Counted from the stretch's first letter, positions 1 through 13,734 are shown. The stretch is DNA of 64,000 nt from Phaeosaccion multiseriatum (GCA_965112735.1 OZ218953.1:5332001-5396000); one strand, 5' to 3'. A program made the numbers and translations. Notes: a model not told the origin generated them from the sequence alone.

Positions 1-114
1 CGGATTGGGGGACTTCACGGCCGACTTCGCCATCAACAAGGACAGAAGGCACCGCTGGATCAGGGGACTGTCAGGGAGGCCTGTGAGAGTGGGAGATATT
101 CCCTACCTCACCTG
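1..114 (+). CDS. possible 3' end of an upstream gene (partial, unidentified)
   Basis: Open frame from base 2, GLGDFTADFAINKDRRHRWIRGLSGRPVRVGDIPYLT, ending in TGA at about 112-114; coding-like composition but no recognisable motif. Confidence 0.3.
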
Positions 115-381
115 AGGTCAGCGTCGCTCACATAGACACTCTGAAGGGGAGGAGCATTATAAAACAAATTGGATTGGCAACCATCCTCGAGATGCGCGGG
201 AACGAGAGGTGCATTACCATTCTCTGTGCCATCGGGGCTACTGCTGCTGGGCCATAGCAGTTGCGAGGCGTAGAGGACGAGAAAGGGGCCCGAGCCGGCG
301 AGGATTCTCACAATATACTTGCTCGTGCTCAAACAAAAGTGCCGAGCGCTCGCCCTCTCAAAAGGGGCACCGTGCCAAAGC

Positions 382-1735
382 ATGAGTGCCTCTGGCGGAG
401 ACTCCTCGGAACCCTCGGATGAGGAGGTGTCCGAGGATGACGAGGTCTACCACTTTGAGCAGGTGGAGGGGGTGCGCGGCGGGCGGCCAGGCTTTCGGTT
501 GATAGCGCAAGCAACACCACCTGCGGCGGCGACAGCGGCAGCACCAGGGGCTGTTGCTCGACCCTTCGCCCAGGCGATGGAGGAGTTGAAGAAGTCGGGC
601 TTCGCTGACAATGTGACAACTCAATCGGCGCTGCAGGCGACGCGAGGCGACATTCCCCGAGCTGTGCACGCCTTGCTCACCCCTCGCAGTTCCCTCAATG
701 CCCCAGCCCTTGTCGGGGGAGGTGCTGCGGCTACTGCTGCGTCGTCAACTGCTACAAGTAGGAGTGGGGGTAGTGCAGCAGCGCGGCGAGGAGGGGGGGC
801 GAGGGGGTGGGTTGTTGAGACAGCCTCTCCTGCGTTCATTGGTCTCCCGTCAAAGGTCACCACTATCGCCGCTGCAGCTGCAGCAGCTGCTCGCGCAAGG
901 AGGACACCAAGTGGTGGCGGTGGAGGTGGCAGTAGTGCAGACAGAAGGGGCGGCGGCAAGAAGGGCAAGAAGCGCGGCAGACAGGCCCCGGCGAGGAGAG
1001 GCAGCGGCGAAGGGGGGTGCTCCTGGGGGGGCGCTGGGATGGAGACGGAGGTCGGGCCGGCCCTTTCAAGAGAGGCCAGGGCCAGAAAGCCCGGTTTTGG
1101 CGGTAGACTTCCCACGAGTGTGACAGATATTGATAGTGACGAGATGGAAGAGTGGTCGGACCCCGGAGAGGCAGAGGAGGCGGTGGCGGCAGACGCCCGA
1201 GCGGCTTTGGCGGGGGGGGAGGGCGGCGAGGACGGAGACGACGAGCGAGAGGACGAAGAGGAGGAGCATGACGACGCGGAGATCTCCATGAATCTGCGGG
1301 AGTGGGTGGAGATGAAGATGCGACGCGAGCGGGAGAGCGACAGCAAGAGCACCAGCCAGACCGCCGCGGCTGCTGCCGGTGTCTCGCATGGCAGCAGCGG
1401 GATCGGCAGCACGAGGAGGAAGGAAGAGCTGTTTCCAGTATCCCTTTGGCCTACAGAAGAGCGGCCGACGCGAGGGGCTGCGATTCCCCCGAGGGCGGGG
1501 CCGGTGCTCCCGCTGCATATGCAGGCGATGGAGGCCCTGCAGCGGGAGGGGGCGCTGCGACGTCTGGCGGCAGACAGGACCAAGTTCTGGAGGGTCATGT
1601 TCAGCTGGCTGGGAGATTGCCCGCCCCAGCACAACTTCATGGTGAGAACGCGGCTGCTTGGTAGGATTTGGGGGGATGTTTTCGCTGATGCCTGTGTGTT
1701 TGTGTGTGTGTGTGTGCGTGTGTGTGTGTGTGTGT

Positions 1736-1777
<42 letters not shown>

Positions 1778-4700
1778 TCGTGGCGTGTGCGCGCGCGTGC
1801 GTGGGGATGGTGTGCGCAACCTACTTAACCTGCCGCAAGGACGCGAACTCACAACTGGCTCTGTCATGTGTACTTCGTGAGTTAGGACCTGTTTTGGCCT
1901 CGCACGCAGGCGCGTGGGTGAATGAGCTTACCTCGGATCGGACGTGACCTTTGCACCCTTGCACTGCACGTCAGCTGACTTCACCCCGTTCAACTGTCCC
2001 AAACAATCCCCCAACCACCACCCCGTGCCCAACAGCAGGCGGCTTTCGGGGGGGATGGCATCGGCACACCTTTCCTTGCCAACATGCCCGTGGACCTCTT
2101 TGCACTGTTCCGTGCGTGCTGCGAGATGAGGGGCGTCGACTCCGGCGAGAGCAAACACAACGATGTGACGATTCTCAACGAGTTCGGGAGGGAGGAGCCC
2201 GAGGCGTGGACGTTCCAGTGGGAGGCGGTGTTCAACAGAATGACATTGTTCCTGCCGGAGGGCCTGCGGGGAGCGGTGCCGTGGCGGCGGTGGAGGCTCA
2301 GAGAGGTATGTACTTACGAACCCAAGTGGGCTCGGAAATCGCGAGGTTTGTGTTGTCAAGCGTGCCAGTCCCTCCCCTCAATTCTGCACTCTTGTACTCT
2401 TTGCCTGCCTCCCTCAGGTCTATGTGCAGTACCTGCTTCCGATGATAGAGCACTGTCCTCTGCACAAGCTGAGTCACGCCCCTGGTGCTGCGGAGCAGAG
2501 GGACAAGGCGCGACATGTACGGTGCGTGTGTGGACACGCCCACCTGCCGCTGACGGAGCAGGAGAACGAGTGCGGGGTGTGCGCGTGGAGGCTGGAAAGA
2601 GGAGACAGAGGGGCGCAGGCAGGGGCGCGGGAGGGTAGCACCAGTGGGAGACCGCCCGCTTCGATGGTGCAGTGCGCTGACTGCGGATGCTGGCAGCATA
2701 GCAAGTGCCTGCAACTCTGGGGCTTGGCGCCGCCGGAGACGACACGCACACAGCAGCAGCAAGCGCAGGGCGAGGAAGGGGGGGGGGTTCAAGAGCACAG
2801 GTGTGAGGTTTGCCGGGGTCAGAACGAGAGCGACGACTTAATGGAGTGGTGGCAGAAGAATTTGCGCCTCCCATTGCCCAGTATGCCGCAGCAGCAGCAG
2901 ACGGTGGTAATGCGGAAGGGGAAGAGGGAGGAAGGAGCGGAGCTGACTGGGCTGAGCTCCCGTGGTGGAGGTGGGCGTTCCCAGCACCCGCCCTTGCTTG
3001 CCGCCTTCTTACCCGAGCTGTTTGACTTGGAGCTGCCGCGGGGCTGGGTTTGCGAGGTGCAGGGGGTCGAGTGGGTAGCGGAGGAGGGAAGCAGCAGGAG
3101 CAAGCGCAGCGAATCAACGAGGAATGGGGAGTATAAGAGTGGAGAGGAGGAGGACGAGGAGGAGCGGCTGAAGCCTCGGCTCCTGTTCAGCGTGAAGCGG
3201 AGCAGGGCAGAGGTGCTGTCCCCGCGGCTCGAAGGGGGGGGAGGGGGGCACATTTGCTGTGTCGGCTGGCTGAAGGGCGTGTTCCAGGACCATCTGGAGA
3301 ACGGCAGAGTGAGGAATCACCCTGCCATCGCGCTTGATGTCCCCATTCAAGGCATTACAGAGTTCAAGGAGCGGGGGGAGGGGGAGGGGCGCAGTCAAGG
3401 CAGGGGAGGGGGCGACGGGGCGGGGAGGGCACGCCTCTTCCACGGCAGGGGCGTGAGTGTGTTTCAGGTGGAGGTGGGGCGGCGTCAGGGAGGGGGAAAG
3501 AGGCAAACGGCCTCGAGTGAGGAAGGGGGGAGCAGCAAGGCAAGGGAGACGGAAGAGAGAGAAGAGGAGGAAGCGGACGATGGATTTGGAACGGATCTCC
3601 TCTTCCTTGCGGGCCCGACTTATCAGGAATCCCAAGAATCGCGTTCTATTGTGCGGAGCATTGACAATCAGAGTGGCGAGGTCAAGCTCTCCATTGGAAA
3701 GCGTGTGCTGACGACCGTTATGGGACCACCACCAGCAGTAGCAGCAGGGGCAGGTGGAGTGACAGTAGACGCCGAAGGAGGAGGACCAGGATCAGGGGGG
3801 GAGTCTCGCGGCGATGCCCCCTCTCCCTCTTCAACTCTCGGGGAGAAGGAGCTCATCGCGCTTGTGTGTAGAAAGAAGAAACGCAGATCGAAGGAAGGGG
3901 CACCACTGTCAGCAGCCTCTTTGAGGGCCATGAACACTGTCCACCCTCCCAAAAAGAAGAGGCGCAAGGATGGTGGTGAGGACAGGAAGGGGAAGAGGCG
4001 CCAGGATGGCGGTGAGGATGAGAAGGGTGGTTCTGTAAAGAGACGCAAGGATGGCGGCGAGGATAGGAAGAGTGGGTCTGTGAAGAGGCGCAAGGACGGT
4101 GAGGATGGGAAGGGTGGTGCTGCTGCTGCCACCACCCCTCCCCGCAAGTCAAGGATGAAATTCGGCGGAGGCCTCATCGTGCGACCACCTAGGGCGGATG
4201 GGAGCAGAGAGGGGGAAGAAGGCCAGGCAAAGAGCAGCGAGAAAGGTGTAGGAGGGAGGGGTTGTCTCCGCAATGCGACCGCACATGGTGCTCACGCTGG
4301 CGGTGCTAGGAACAACCTCGACCACAAGGAGGAGGAGGAGGAGGAGGAGAGGGAGAAGGAGGAGAGGGAGAAGGAGGAGAGTGGAGATTGCAAGGGTGGA
4401 CCAGACACACATGACTCTCCGTCTCCTGTCAGCGTGGCGACGTTCGCGGACTCGTCTCTTGCCGCCGGAGAGGCAGCAGTAGCAGCAGCAGCAGCAACAG
4501 CAGCAGGAGCAGCAGCAGCAAGAGAAGGGGCGGCGGGACGGAGTGAGAGGGAGGGAGGGGGATCTATAGTTGGCGACGCTCCGATGGACGGATCGACCCC
4601 CTCTGGTGAGGGCACCGCGATGGGGCAGCCGGGGTCGAAGTCACTGCCGGGCAGGACACGAGTACAAGCGCCCTCGTCCTCTTCAGTAGTAGGGTCTCCT

Positions 4701-6014
4701 CCTCCTCTCCGAACACAGGCGCAGACCAGTTCTGGACGCTGGGGTCTGCGGATGCAGGGGCTGGTGAAGTCGCGGTTCCAGCTTCAAAGGCATGAGATGA
4801 AGGAGCGTTTGGCTGTGGTCCCTTCACGCTGTAGTAGTATTGGTAGTAGCAGCACCAGCCGTACCACCAGCGACAGCAGCAGTGGCAACCTCAGCAGTAG
4901 TGCTTCCCTCACCGCCGCCTCACTTGCAAGGAAACAGGACTTAAGCAGTGCATACCTGCATTCGGGGGAGCGCTTCATCGGCTGCTCCTGCAACTTGCCG
5001 GGGGCTCGAACTTGCTGCGCGCCGGCCCCGACTGACCCATCCAGAAGTGCCGGTACTGCTTCTGCCACCCCATCGAGAGAGCTGGGCGGCAGAGGCGAAG
5101 GGCAGCTGCTGCTGTGCATGTGTTCGACGACCATCGGTGTGTTGAGCTGCGGTGTGTACACCGCGGACAGCCTTCTGACCAAACACTGCCTGGAAGCTGA
5201 TGGGGGGCTGGAGCTGTACGAGTGCGATGCCAAGTGCTCATGCGCTCCTGAGAGGTGTGGGAACCGAGTGGTGCAGCGCGCGGTGTGTGAGACTGAGAAG
5301 GGCGCAGCTCCTTCTGGGCCTGTTGCTGCGACTGGAGGATGGGCACGGGCTCATTGGACCGTGGGTACCCGGGGGGGCGTCAACAGCAGCAGTAGCAGCG
5401 GCAACAACACGACCAGCAGCACGAGCAGCAGCGGCATCCGCAGCAGTCATATGGGCAGAGTCACAGATGGCAACAGCCTCGGAGAGAATATGGTGGAGGC
5501 ATTGGAGACCGTGAGGAGTGGGGCGCTGGTGTGCTGGCACTATGCTCCTGTGCAGCAGTGGCCGCATGAGCCGGAGGCGGCATTCCAAAGAATTTCTATG
5601 GCTGATTGGTTTTCGAAGCACCGCGAAGTGAGAGGGTCCAATCCCCTGGCGCCTCGCACGGACAGAGCAAGCAGCATGAGCAGCGCAACAAGCACCAGCA
5701 GAGGCAGGGGCAGCGCGAGGGGCAGTGCGGGTGCCTTGGTCAGTGGCACGGGCCAGGGCTGTAGCGAGCCAGTGCACCCCCCCGGCGGCTCCACCAAGGA
5801 GGGCTGCTCCCCAAATCTCAAACGGGTAGTGGTGCACACCCAGGGGGTGCAGCTCCAGGGAAAGGTCTCCGTGGTGGCGTTCTTCGCCAGACGGTCTATC
5901 GCCGCGGGGGAGCCCATGAGCGTCAAGGCGAGGGGTCGGGCTGAGGGAGGGGCGGCGGCGGCAGCGGTGCCAGCGAAGGTTCGGGGGGAAGAGGCCAGGC
6001 TACAGGACAGGTGA
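382..6014 (+). CDS. multidomain chromatin protein: UBA + ARID + PHD + pre-SET + degenerate SET (3 exons)
   Basis: UBA-like MEELKKSGFADNVTTQSALQATRGDIPRAVHALL. Introns at about 1642-2038 and 2306-2417 join an ARID-like PVDLFALFRACCEMRG...WEAVFNRM...LRE/VYVQYLLPM. PHD: CVCG...MVQCADCGCWQHSKC...CEVC. Pre-SET: GCSC...LYECDAKCSC...CGNRVVQ. SET tail: CSPNL...VAFFARRSIAAGEPMS. Confidence 0.8.
3955..4113 (+). repeat. coding minisatellite, about 4 copies of KRRKDGGEDRKG (basic, NLS-like)
   Basis: Repeated aagaggcgcaaggatggcggtgaggat-like units in frame in ORF 2424..6014. Confidence 0.75.
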
Positions 6015-6200
6015 CAAGAGCAGCAGCAGCAGCAGCAGCAGCACGCAGAGTTAGGAAGCAGCACGCGTTGCTTGGGCATACCGCCCGTCCCAAGAGTATA
6101 TCAGTCATGTTTATGTACAACTGGGGAGGAGAGGAAGATGGAAGACGCGTTCGTCACATTATATAAATGCTGGTGGTGCCACTGCCAAGTCCATCCTCTC

Positions 6201-6233
<33 letters not shown>

Positions 6234-6938
6234 GTCTCTCACTAGAACAAATCTGTGCTGCTGGGCAGACAAGACAGAGACAGCAAGCCCGAAGCATCTC
6301 CTTGCGGCTCGGAAGACTGGCGGGGTAGGTGGTTGTGGCTGGATGGGGCGAGGGTGTGTGCGCGTGCGCGGCCCGGGCCCCAGCAGCTCGAGTGGCGCGT
6401 GCCGGCTGCACCGGAGCCGCTCCTGACTGACAGACAGACAGACACACAGGGGGCGGACCGCAGAGTCCCCCGAGAAGCGTGCTCTTCAACAAGTCAGTGG
6501 GGGCTGCCCCTCTTCCCGCTCCTGCCACTGCCGCGCTCCTTTATCTCCTCACCCTCAAAGAAGGAATGGGGCGATTCTACCTCAATCGACCTCCTTGTAC
6601 TTCAACGGAGCCGATCATCGAATGACAGCCCAGTCGCGGGTGCGGCTGCCTTCCGTAGCGGCTGTGATGCGCGGGACGGATCAAAGACCGACCTCCCACT
6701 CCCTCTGGGACCCAAAAGCCCTGCTATGAGGGGTCCTCTCCTCTGCACAGCCCCTGGCAGACAACGCGGATCGTCCTTGGGAAGGGGTAGACGGCGACAT
6801 GATAATCGCGAGACTCGCGCCCCCTTCTCCAGGCGGAGAGCTCGCCCAAGGAGGGGGCTCCAGCGGGGGCCCAACATAACAAATACACCAGCGTCCTGCC
6901 ACGTGCCACATATATCTCTGCTGTATACAGTTGTCCTG

Positions 6939-7469
6939 TCATTTGGCCTTCCCAGCATCTTCGGCCCGCTCCGCCTCTTGCCCCAGCTTGAGCATCCCTC
7001 TGCTCAGAGAGCTCTCCTCACCCGATCCATTGGACCCTCCAGCGCTCCGCCCACCCAGCTCCCCAAGCATCCTACCACACGAGGGGTGTCGAGGAGGGGA
7101 GAAGCAAGCAGCGTGTCTGTCAGAGACTAAGGAGCAAGAGCTAATACCCGGCAAGACCTCAGCACTGCGGCATTGGCACCAGCAGCAGCGGCAGCAAAGC
7201 GGAAGGTCACGCTCAACTCCAGGGCCCTCTCACCACTTCAGGTCTGGGTTCTGATCCCGCGCCGCCTTGGCGATCCTGTCGAGGTCGGCGTTCCGCTCCT
7301 TTGCTTGGCGCGCTGTGCGGTTGTACTTCTTGGCGAGCATGTCCTCTCGCTCCTCGTCGGTCATGGGGCTGGTGCGGGAGCAGTAGAGCCAGACGAAGCC
7401 AGTTGGCACCACGGTGATGAGGGCATACTCGAGTACCTGCCTCGGCACCCTGAATCTGGGGGTGCTCAT
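6939..7469 (-). CDS. small single-pass membrane protein (about 122 aa, 2 exons), weakly Cbp4-like
   Basis: ATG at 7469, MSTPRFRVPRQVLEYALITVVPTGFVWLYCSRTSPMTDEEREDML. A GT-AG intron at 7233-7072 joins in frame to WMLGELGG...AGKAK* (stop 6939). One hydrophobic segment is followed by a charged helix. Confidence 0.6.
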
Positions 7470-8008
7470 AGCTTCTTCTTGGTTTTTTTTTTTTCTTTTC
7501 TTCTTGGAGTCAAGCCAGTTGCTTGGGTCTAGGCCAAGCAAGACCCCCTGGGGATACTCCCATTCCCCCCCCCCCCCCTCCCACAAGAGGGACTCTTAGA
7601 AGCTTAAAGGCAGCAGAGGAGCAGCAGTAGACAGGCAACACCCCTTGCACGCCTACTTGTTGCATAGCAACAGTGTGACCTCCGTTGTGTGCATTGTGGC
7701 TGCGTGCTACAGGTTATCAAGGAACAAACCCAGGCTAGGCGCTTCTTCGCAAGAGAAAGGGCTGAGGCAAGGAGCAAGTGGAGAAGGTCCCCCTTTTCAA
7801 TCCTTCGAGGCTCTACCGCTTGCGGTTTTCCTGGTGGGAGGGCTGCAAGGCAGCTCGGTAGGGCAGAGGGAGATTTTCGCGTGCCACCCACTCTTTTCGG
7901 AAAACACAGAAGAGGGTGGGGGGGAGACCCTTCCAGGCAGGCGCAGCAACAGAGTTTGAGGGCGATAAGCGAGGAAGTGGGCAATAAAATAGGGAGATCT
8001 GAACCAAG

Positions 8009-9720
8009 ATGGGCATCCTCTTTAGCAAGGTCTTCCAGACATTGTTCGGCAGCAAGGAGGTGCGCATCCTCATCTTAGGCCTGGACAATGCGGGGAAAAC
8101 GACCATCCTATATCGATTGCAGAATGAAGCAGACGATGACATACAGACAATACCCACGATCGGCTTCAACGTGGAGAGACTACAGTACAAGAACATCGAA
8201 TTACAGGTGCGTATGCGTCTCGTCTTGTGGCGGGGGGGGGGGGCGCTGAGGTGTACAGATGGTGGTCGCCAGGAAGAGGCAGGGCCCCTCCCTGTCTGGC
8301 ACCTGATGCTGATGATGCCTCTGTGGTCCGCTTTGGCGCTAGGGTGGGGGTGTGGGAAGGTCTTCGTGACAGAAAGTGCTGCAGTGGGAGAGGGTTCGGC
8401 ACTTGTACGGCGGTGGAAGGACACACACGAGATGTCAGGAGTCATTGAGTGCACGCAGAGTTGTCGCCGTCCAGCCCAGTCTTCTTGGAGACGCCCTCTC
8501 GTCATTCTTGCTGACTGGTTGTGTTCTCTCCTGTCTCCCTCTTGCTGGCTTGTTCAGGTGTGGGATTTGGGAGGGCAGACTTCCATTCGGCCGTACTGGC
8601 GGTGCTACTACGCCAATACAGACGCTATCATCTTCGTAGTGGACAGCGCAGACACAGAGAGACTCAACATAGCGAAGCAGGTGCGGCGCAGCAGGGGGGG
8701 GGCTCGTGTATCCACTCTGCACGCGTTGAAACGCGAAGCGAAGGAGGCGCTCTGCCCAAGGCTATTCCCCTTCCTATGCAGTCGCTTCCTGCTGGAGAGG
8801 ACGTGCGTCCAATTCACCCGCGTCCTCTGTGTGTTTTTGTCTCTTTGTTGGCCCATCGCCTGATGTGCCTGTGAGCAGGAGCTTCTGGCCATGCTGGAGG
8901 AGGAGGAGCTGAAGGACGCCATCTTGCTGGTGTTTGCCAACAAACAGGACCAAAAAGCGGCCCTCAATGCCACTCAGGTGGGTGGGAAGGTCCGCCTTGA
9001 GGGCTCAGCTCACGTCCTTGAGCCCTTCGTGCAGGCTGTGCTGCAGGCCCTGGTGCCGGTCTGTTGCCATGTCGATACTCTTCTTCTCTCCCTTCCTCCC
9101 TCCTTACGGAACGCGCCACATGCGCGCCCCCATTCGTCCGTCAGTATACATGCACGCACTAGTGGAGCATGTCCTGTGGACCCCCCTCTCTCTCTCTCCC
9201 TTTACTCTACTCTCTATCGCACGATCGCGTGCTGCCTCTCTGTATTCCCCCCGCCCCCCCCCGGTAGCTCCCGTGCAAGGAGCCCGGCCGCGCGTGTGTT
9301 AACCACAATCTATCTTTCCTTCTCCGTCTGTCCCTCCCTCCCTACCTCCCCTCTCTCTCTCGTGTATGTGCGCTTGTGGGTCCAGGTGAGCGAGGCGCTG
9401 GGTCTCCCAGACATCCGGAACCGGCAATGGTCCATCCAGGAGGCGTCTGCGACGAAGGGGAAGGGTTTATTCGAAGGTTTTGACTGGTACGTCGCCTCCT
9501 CCAGCCAGATATGAGAAGACCGCCGCTCAGAATGCATTTCTTTTGAAAGGTCAAGCCCCCCCCCCCCCCGCCCCTCTCTCTCTTTAACCCACTCCTCCTC
9601 ATTTCTTGTTGCTCGTGCGTGCCACCCTTGACTCATGCATTCGCTGCTGCTGTTACCCCTGCTGCTGGTACTCGTGCTCGGTGCAGGCTAGTGACATGTA
9701 TCAAAGGAGGAGAGAGCTGA
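8009..9720 (+). CDS. ARL1: ADP-ribosylation factor-like GTPase 1 (5 exons)
   Basis: MG myristoylation start, [26 protein letters not shown] (Arl1 signature), NKQD, SATKG; GT-AG introns restore the frame; ends [10 protein letters not shown]. Confidence 0.95.
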
Positions 9721-10872
9721 TAGACCGCGTGGGTGTCTGTGCCTGCCGGGGCCTTCGTGTCTGTTGTCTGTCTGGGGGCGTTGCCGGTCTCCTCCTTCTG
9801 GGGGGGTGGATTCACTCGGTGTGGGCGTGCGAAGCGCGTTTCCACTCTGGTGTGCATGTAACAGGGGGGGGGGGGCTGTTCCTACTGCTGTGCTACTGTC
9901 GGGCAGCAGAAAGAAGAAAGGGTTCAGTTCGAAGGAGAAGCGTTTTGTCTCTTGTGCCGAGCGGGACAGGCACGCTCGCTGTTCTGCTGCCCCTGCCTGG
10001 GCCCGGGGAGGGAGGCCCTGCTGCGCTGCCTTGGGGCCGGAGGAGTGGAGGGAACAAGTCAGCGAATTGGCTTGGGAAGTGATACCACAATGGCACTTCG
10101 TTCTCGTCCAGGGGAGAAGCGCAGAGCCTTTTTCAGTGTCGTCGTCATACACCCCCCGGGAACCACGGGCCCAAAGTCGTGGCAGTGTGAGTGACAGGGG
10201 ACCCGAAGGGCCAAAAGTCGTGCCCCAAGGGGGTAGGGGGGCCGCGGTGGGCTTGTTTTCTCTTTCTCGCTGAAGGCTTACTTCGTACTTCGTAGTACAT
10301 AAGAGATACTTGGTCTTCCTCCTGCTCGTCTCGCTCTACTGTGCGCAGTGAGCAGTAGCCTCTGCCGCCCTCCCAAGAGCTTCGTTGTGCCCTTTGTCAA
10401 CTCTTCGCACAGGATGCTCGGTACTGGCTGTGGGCGCCACTAACGGGGGGCCGCTTTGTCCTTTGCCTCCCTCGCCCGACTAGAGCTTGGCTTGAAATGT
10501 CCCCTGGCTACAGCTTCATGGGCCAAATCGGCCGCTCCCAGTTGCTCGCGCAGCGTAGCCACGCATGCCACTGCGCCGCTTTCACTACTGCGCGCACAGA
10601 GCTCTCAGCTCACTCAAAATCAGTAATTTGTAATTTATGTAAAAACGGCTGGGGCGAGGGGGGAGGCCAGGCCAGCGCGCCCCAAGCGAGCGGTGAGTGG
10701 AGGGCGGAACAGCCTGCCTCCACAGGGCTCGGATAAGGGCAGGGTTTCGGGCAGAGAGGTGTTGGTCCGCCCAGCAGCAACAAGCCCGGCTACGCGTAGA
10801 GTGAAGGCGGCGCAAAAGAGCGCCTCCTCCCCCCCGGGGAATAACGTAAAGGTTAGAAAGAAGAAAATAAAA

Positions 10873-13418
10873 ATGCCGCGGAAGACGACAGGCGGCAAAG
10901 CGGGGGGAGAGAAGAAGCAGAAGCAGCCGAAGCAGCAAAAGAAGAGGACGAAGGCATCGCCGACGGAGGAGGTTCCGCCAAAGGCTGCCCTGAAAACCGC
11001 AAAGACCGCCCCGACCAAGCCTGCTGCTACTGCTGCTGTTCCTCTTCCTCCGCTCGGACTCCCCACTCCTGCGGCTGGTCCTCCTCCTGTTCCTCCGGAT
11101 CCAGCCACTGCAGATGCTGCACTCAGAACAGACGCGGGGGAGGCGAAGGGCTCGACCCCACTACCGCTACAGCCCCCCCTGTTCGGCCCAGAGGACGTGC
11201 GATGCGCCAGAGAGAGAGGCTCCTTTGTGGATCTGAAACTTCGCATCAAGCTCCCGCCCTGCGACGTCGATTCCGGCACTCACACACTCGCAGAAGTTAG
11301 GCTCACGGGAGACAGGTAGCTACAGGAGGTGTTGCCTGTTCGCGCCCCCGCGCTGCTCGATGCATTGCGCTCCCCCTGGTGGTAGTAGCCTGAGAGCTAA
11401 CACTCCTCTCCTACTTGTCGCTCACCCCCCCCCCCCACCCTCTTTCTCGTTGACCCACCGGAAGGTATCATCACTCCAGAGATCAGCTTGCGAACGCCCT
11501 TGCAGCTAGAGGCTACTTTTGCTTCACGGATGGCGGCGATGATCCGGAGGAGAGCGTCAGAACCTTGACCACTGATGGGGAGGAGAGTAGCGGAGGCGAG
11601 AGTGCGGAACCGAACGGGGCTATACATACGCCCCTCTCTGCTTTCAGGAGCACGGACATCTTCGGCGGCTCTGCCCCGCCCGCCGGTGGAAGACCTTCGT
11701 CTCGCTCCACACCTCCCGTGACAGTGCTCCGCCTCCCCTGCTGCTTGCTCGTGGTGCCGACCGCACCACAAGCCCAGGACGAGGTCCGGAGGGATGTGCT
11801 GAGGACTGCGCGCAGCGTGTGCGGAGGGCTCGCTGTGAGCTTCCTGCCCGCCGGTAGCGGACCCTGTCACGGGACGGCCTTGGCTCCTGCGCTGCTGCAC
11901 GGCCGTCAGATGGTCAAGAGGTTTCTCTTCCAGCAGCTATCGGGGGGCTCTGAGGCTGCGCAGCCGCCCGCCACGCCCTGGTCTCAAGTTCTTGAGGGAG
12001 TCTTCTCGCCTGACTTCTTCTCCTCGGACGCTGGGCACAAAGCGGGGAGTAGCAGTCTCAGGTACTTCCACGGCGCGAAGATTACTCAGCTCGAAGTGTG
12101 CTCCTCGCCCTTGGACAGCCTGCGCAGCGGAGAGTGGGACGTGCTCCTCTCGGCTTTCTCCATGGTGTACGGCTTCACCCCTTTCCAGCCCACGAGGGCC
12201 GCGCACGCGCTCACAGAGGCCCTGCGACAGAGCGAGGAGCAGCAGCAGCAGCAGCAGCAGCAGGCTGGAGCGAGGAGGGATTATGCTCGTGGCGGGGGCG
12301 AAAGCGGCCACGTCCGACGAGAGGAGACGCCTCATCCTGCCGCCTCAATGACTGAGCTGGAGGAGGCGCTCGGGGCGCGGTCGCTACCCAGTCTGTGCTC
12401 GGTGCGGGTGGAAGCGGTGGCCCCCACGGACGATGAGCCCTTTCCACCGTCCGAGCGGGACCTCCAGTCGAGGGCGAGGGGCTTCATGAGCGGGCCGCTG
12501 AGCCTGCAGGACTTCCGCAGCTATTGGTAAGTGAGTTAGTCGTGCGGCTCCTGCTCCTGCTGCTGCTAGCTAGGGGAGTCGAGGTGCGCGCTCGACCTTG
12601 GGTAGTACCTTCTCACGCACTTGCTTGCACCTGGCACCTGCTGTGATAGGCAATCGACGCTCTCCATTCACCTCCCTTCACCGCTACCCGGAGGCTTTTG
12701 CAAGGTTCGGGTCTGCTCTTCTTCCTCTCTGGCAAGCTCGGCGCCTTCGTCGCTGCTGACGTATCCCTCGTGCTGCCTGCTGGAGGGAGGAGGCGTGAGA
12801 GGGGGCAGCGGAGGAGCCACCAACTTCGCGTCCAAGGCGCGCGAGCAGGCCTACTCCGTGCTGCACGGTTTTGCCCAAGCTGTGCGTGCGCTGCCCTGCG
12901 TGTTGGGCGTGAACAGCAGGGGGGCTGTGGCAATCACCAGCAGCGGCGGCAGCGGGCAGGGTGGTAGTCCAAGTGTGGGGTTGGCGTTTACGACTGCAAG
13001 TGGCAAGGCTCCAGCAGCGTCTGCGCTGTGCAACAGCGCGGGCAGCAAGAAACGAAAGAGGGCGAGTCGGAGCCGGGACATAGAGACTCCACCTCTTCTC
13101 TCCTCTCCCGCCGCAGCCGCAGCAGTACCCGCAGCTGCCTCTTCGCGAGTGACGGTGGGGGCAGAAGGAGGAGGAAGAGGACGGGGAGGGCGAGGCGGGA
13201 CTCGGATGCCCGCTCCTGCGCCGGTGGCGACGAAAAAGTTCAAGGCCCCCGCGCGGTTGGACACCAGGAGGCGTGTCCCGACCCCCACCAAGCTCGCTTT
13301 CCCTGCTACTGCGCCACCTGCTGAACCACGAGGGAAGGCCTCGGCCTCCACCACTGCCTACAGTGCAGCCGCTCCAAAGGTGAAGCAGAAGCGGAAGCAG
13401 CGAACGCAGACCACGTGA
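10873..13418 (+). CDS. uncharacterised protein with basic termini and a PAZ-like/DUF4708 (C18orf63)-like segment (3 exons)
   Basis: ORFs 10693, 11565 and 12621 join through introns (about 11315-11464 and 12527-12649). Motif LPSL...SLQDFRSYWQSTLSIHLP...FCKV...LLTYPSCCL. The family call is recalled similarity only. Confidence 0.6.
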
Positions 13419-13734
13419 GCCTTGGGTGGGAGAGTACGTGCTTCGCCGCGACATTTGGGTTTGGCCCGATTACATAGCTTTGCAGCCTGCTCTTATTGTG
13501 GCTTTCTTCCACTATTCGAGAATTTGCGCCCCGAGGGAGCGAGCAAGCGAGCAAGAGACGGGGACAAATTCTCCGCTCTTTATGCCTTTTGGACTCACTC
13601 AAAACCCAAAATTACATCGAGACGCCCAAGCCCGTCAATGCCGACACACAGACACCCAGGGCTGTACCTTACTCTATACTCTATACCCTGCCGTCCACTG
13701 CCGTCCACTGCCTTGCATCCCCCAACCAAGAGCG

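Noticed and set aside
6255-6938. 291-aa plus-strand ORF
   Set aside because: No motif; probably GC-rich UTR/intergenic sequence between convergent genes.
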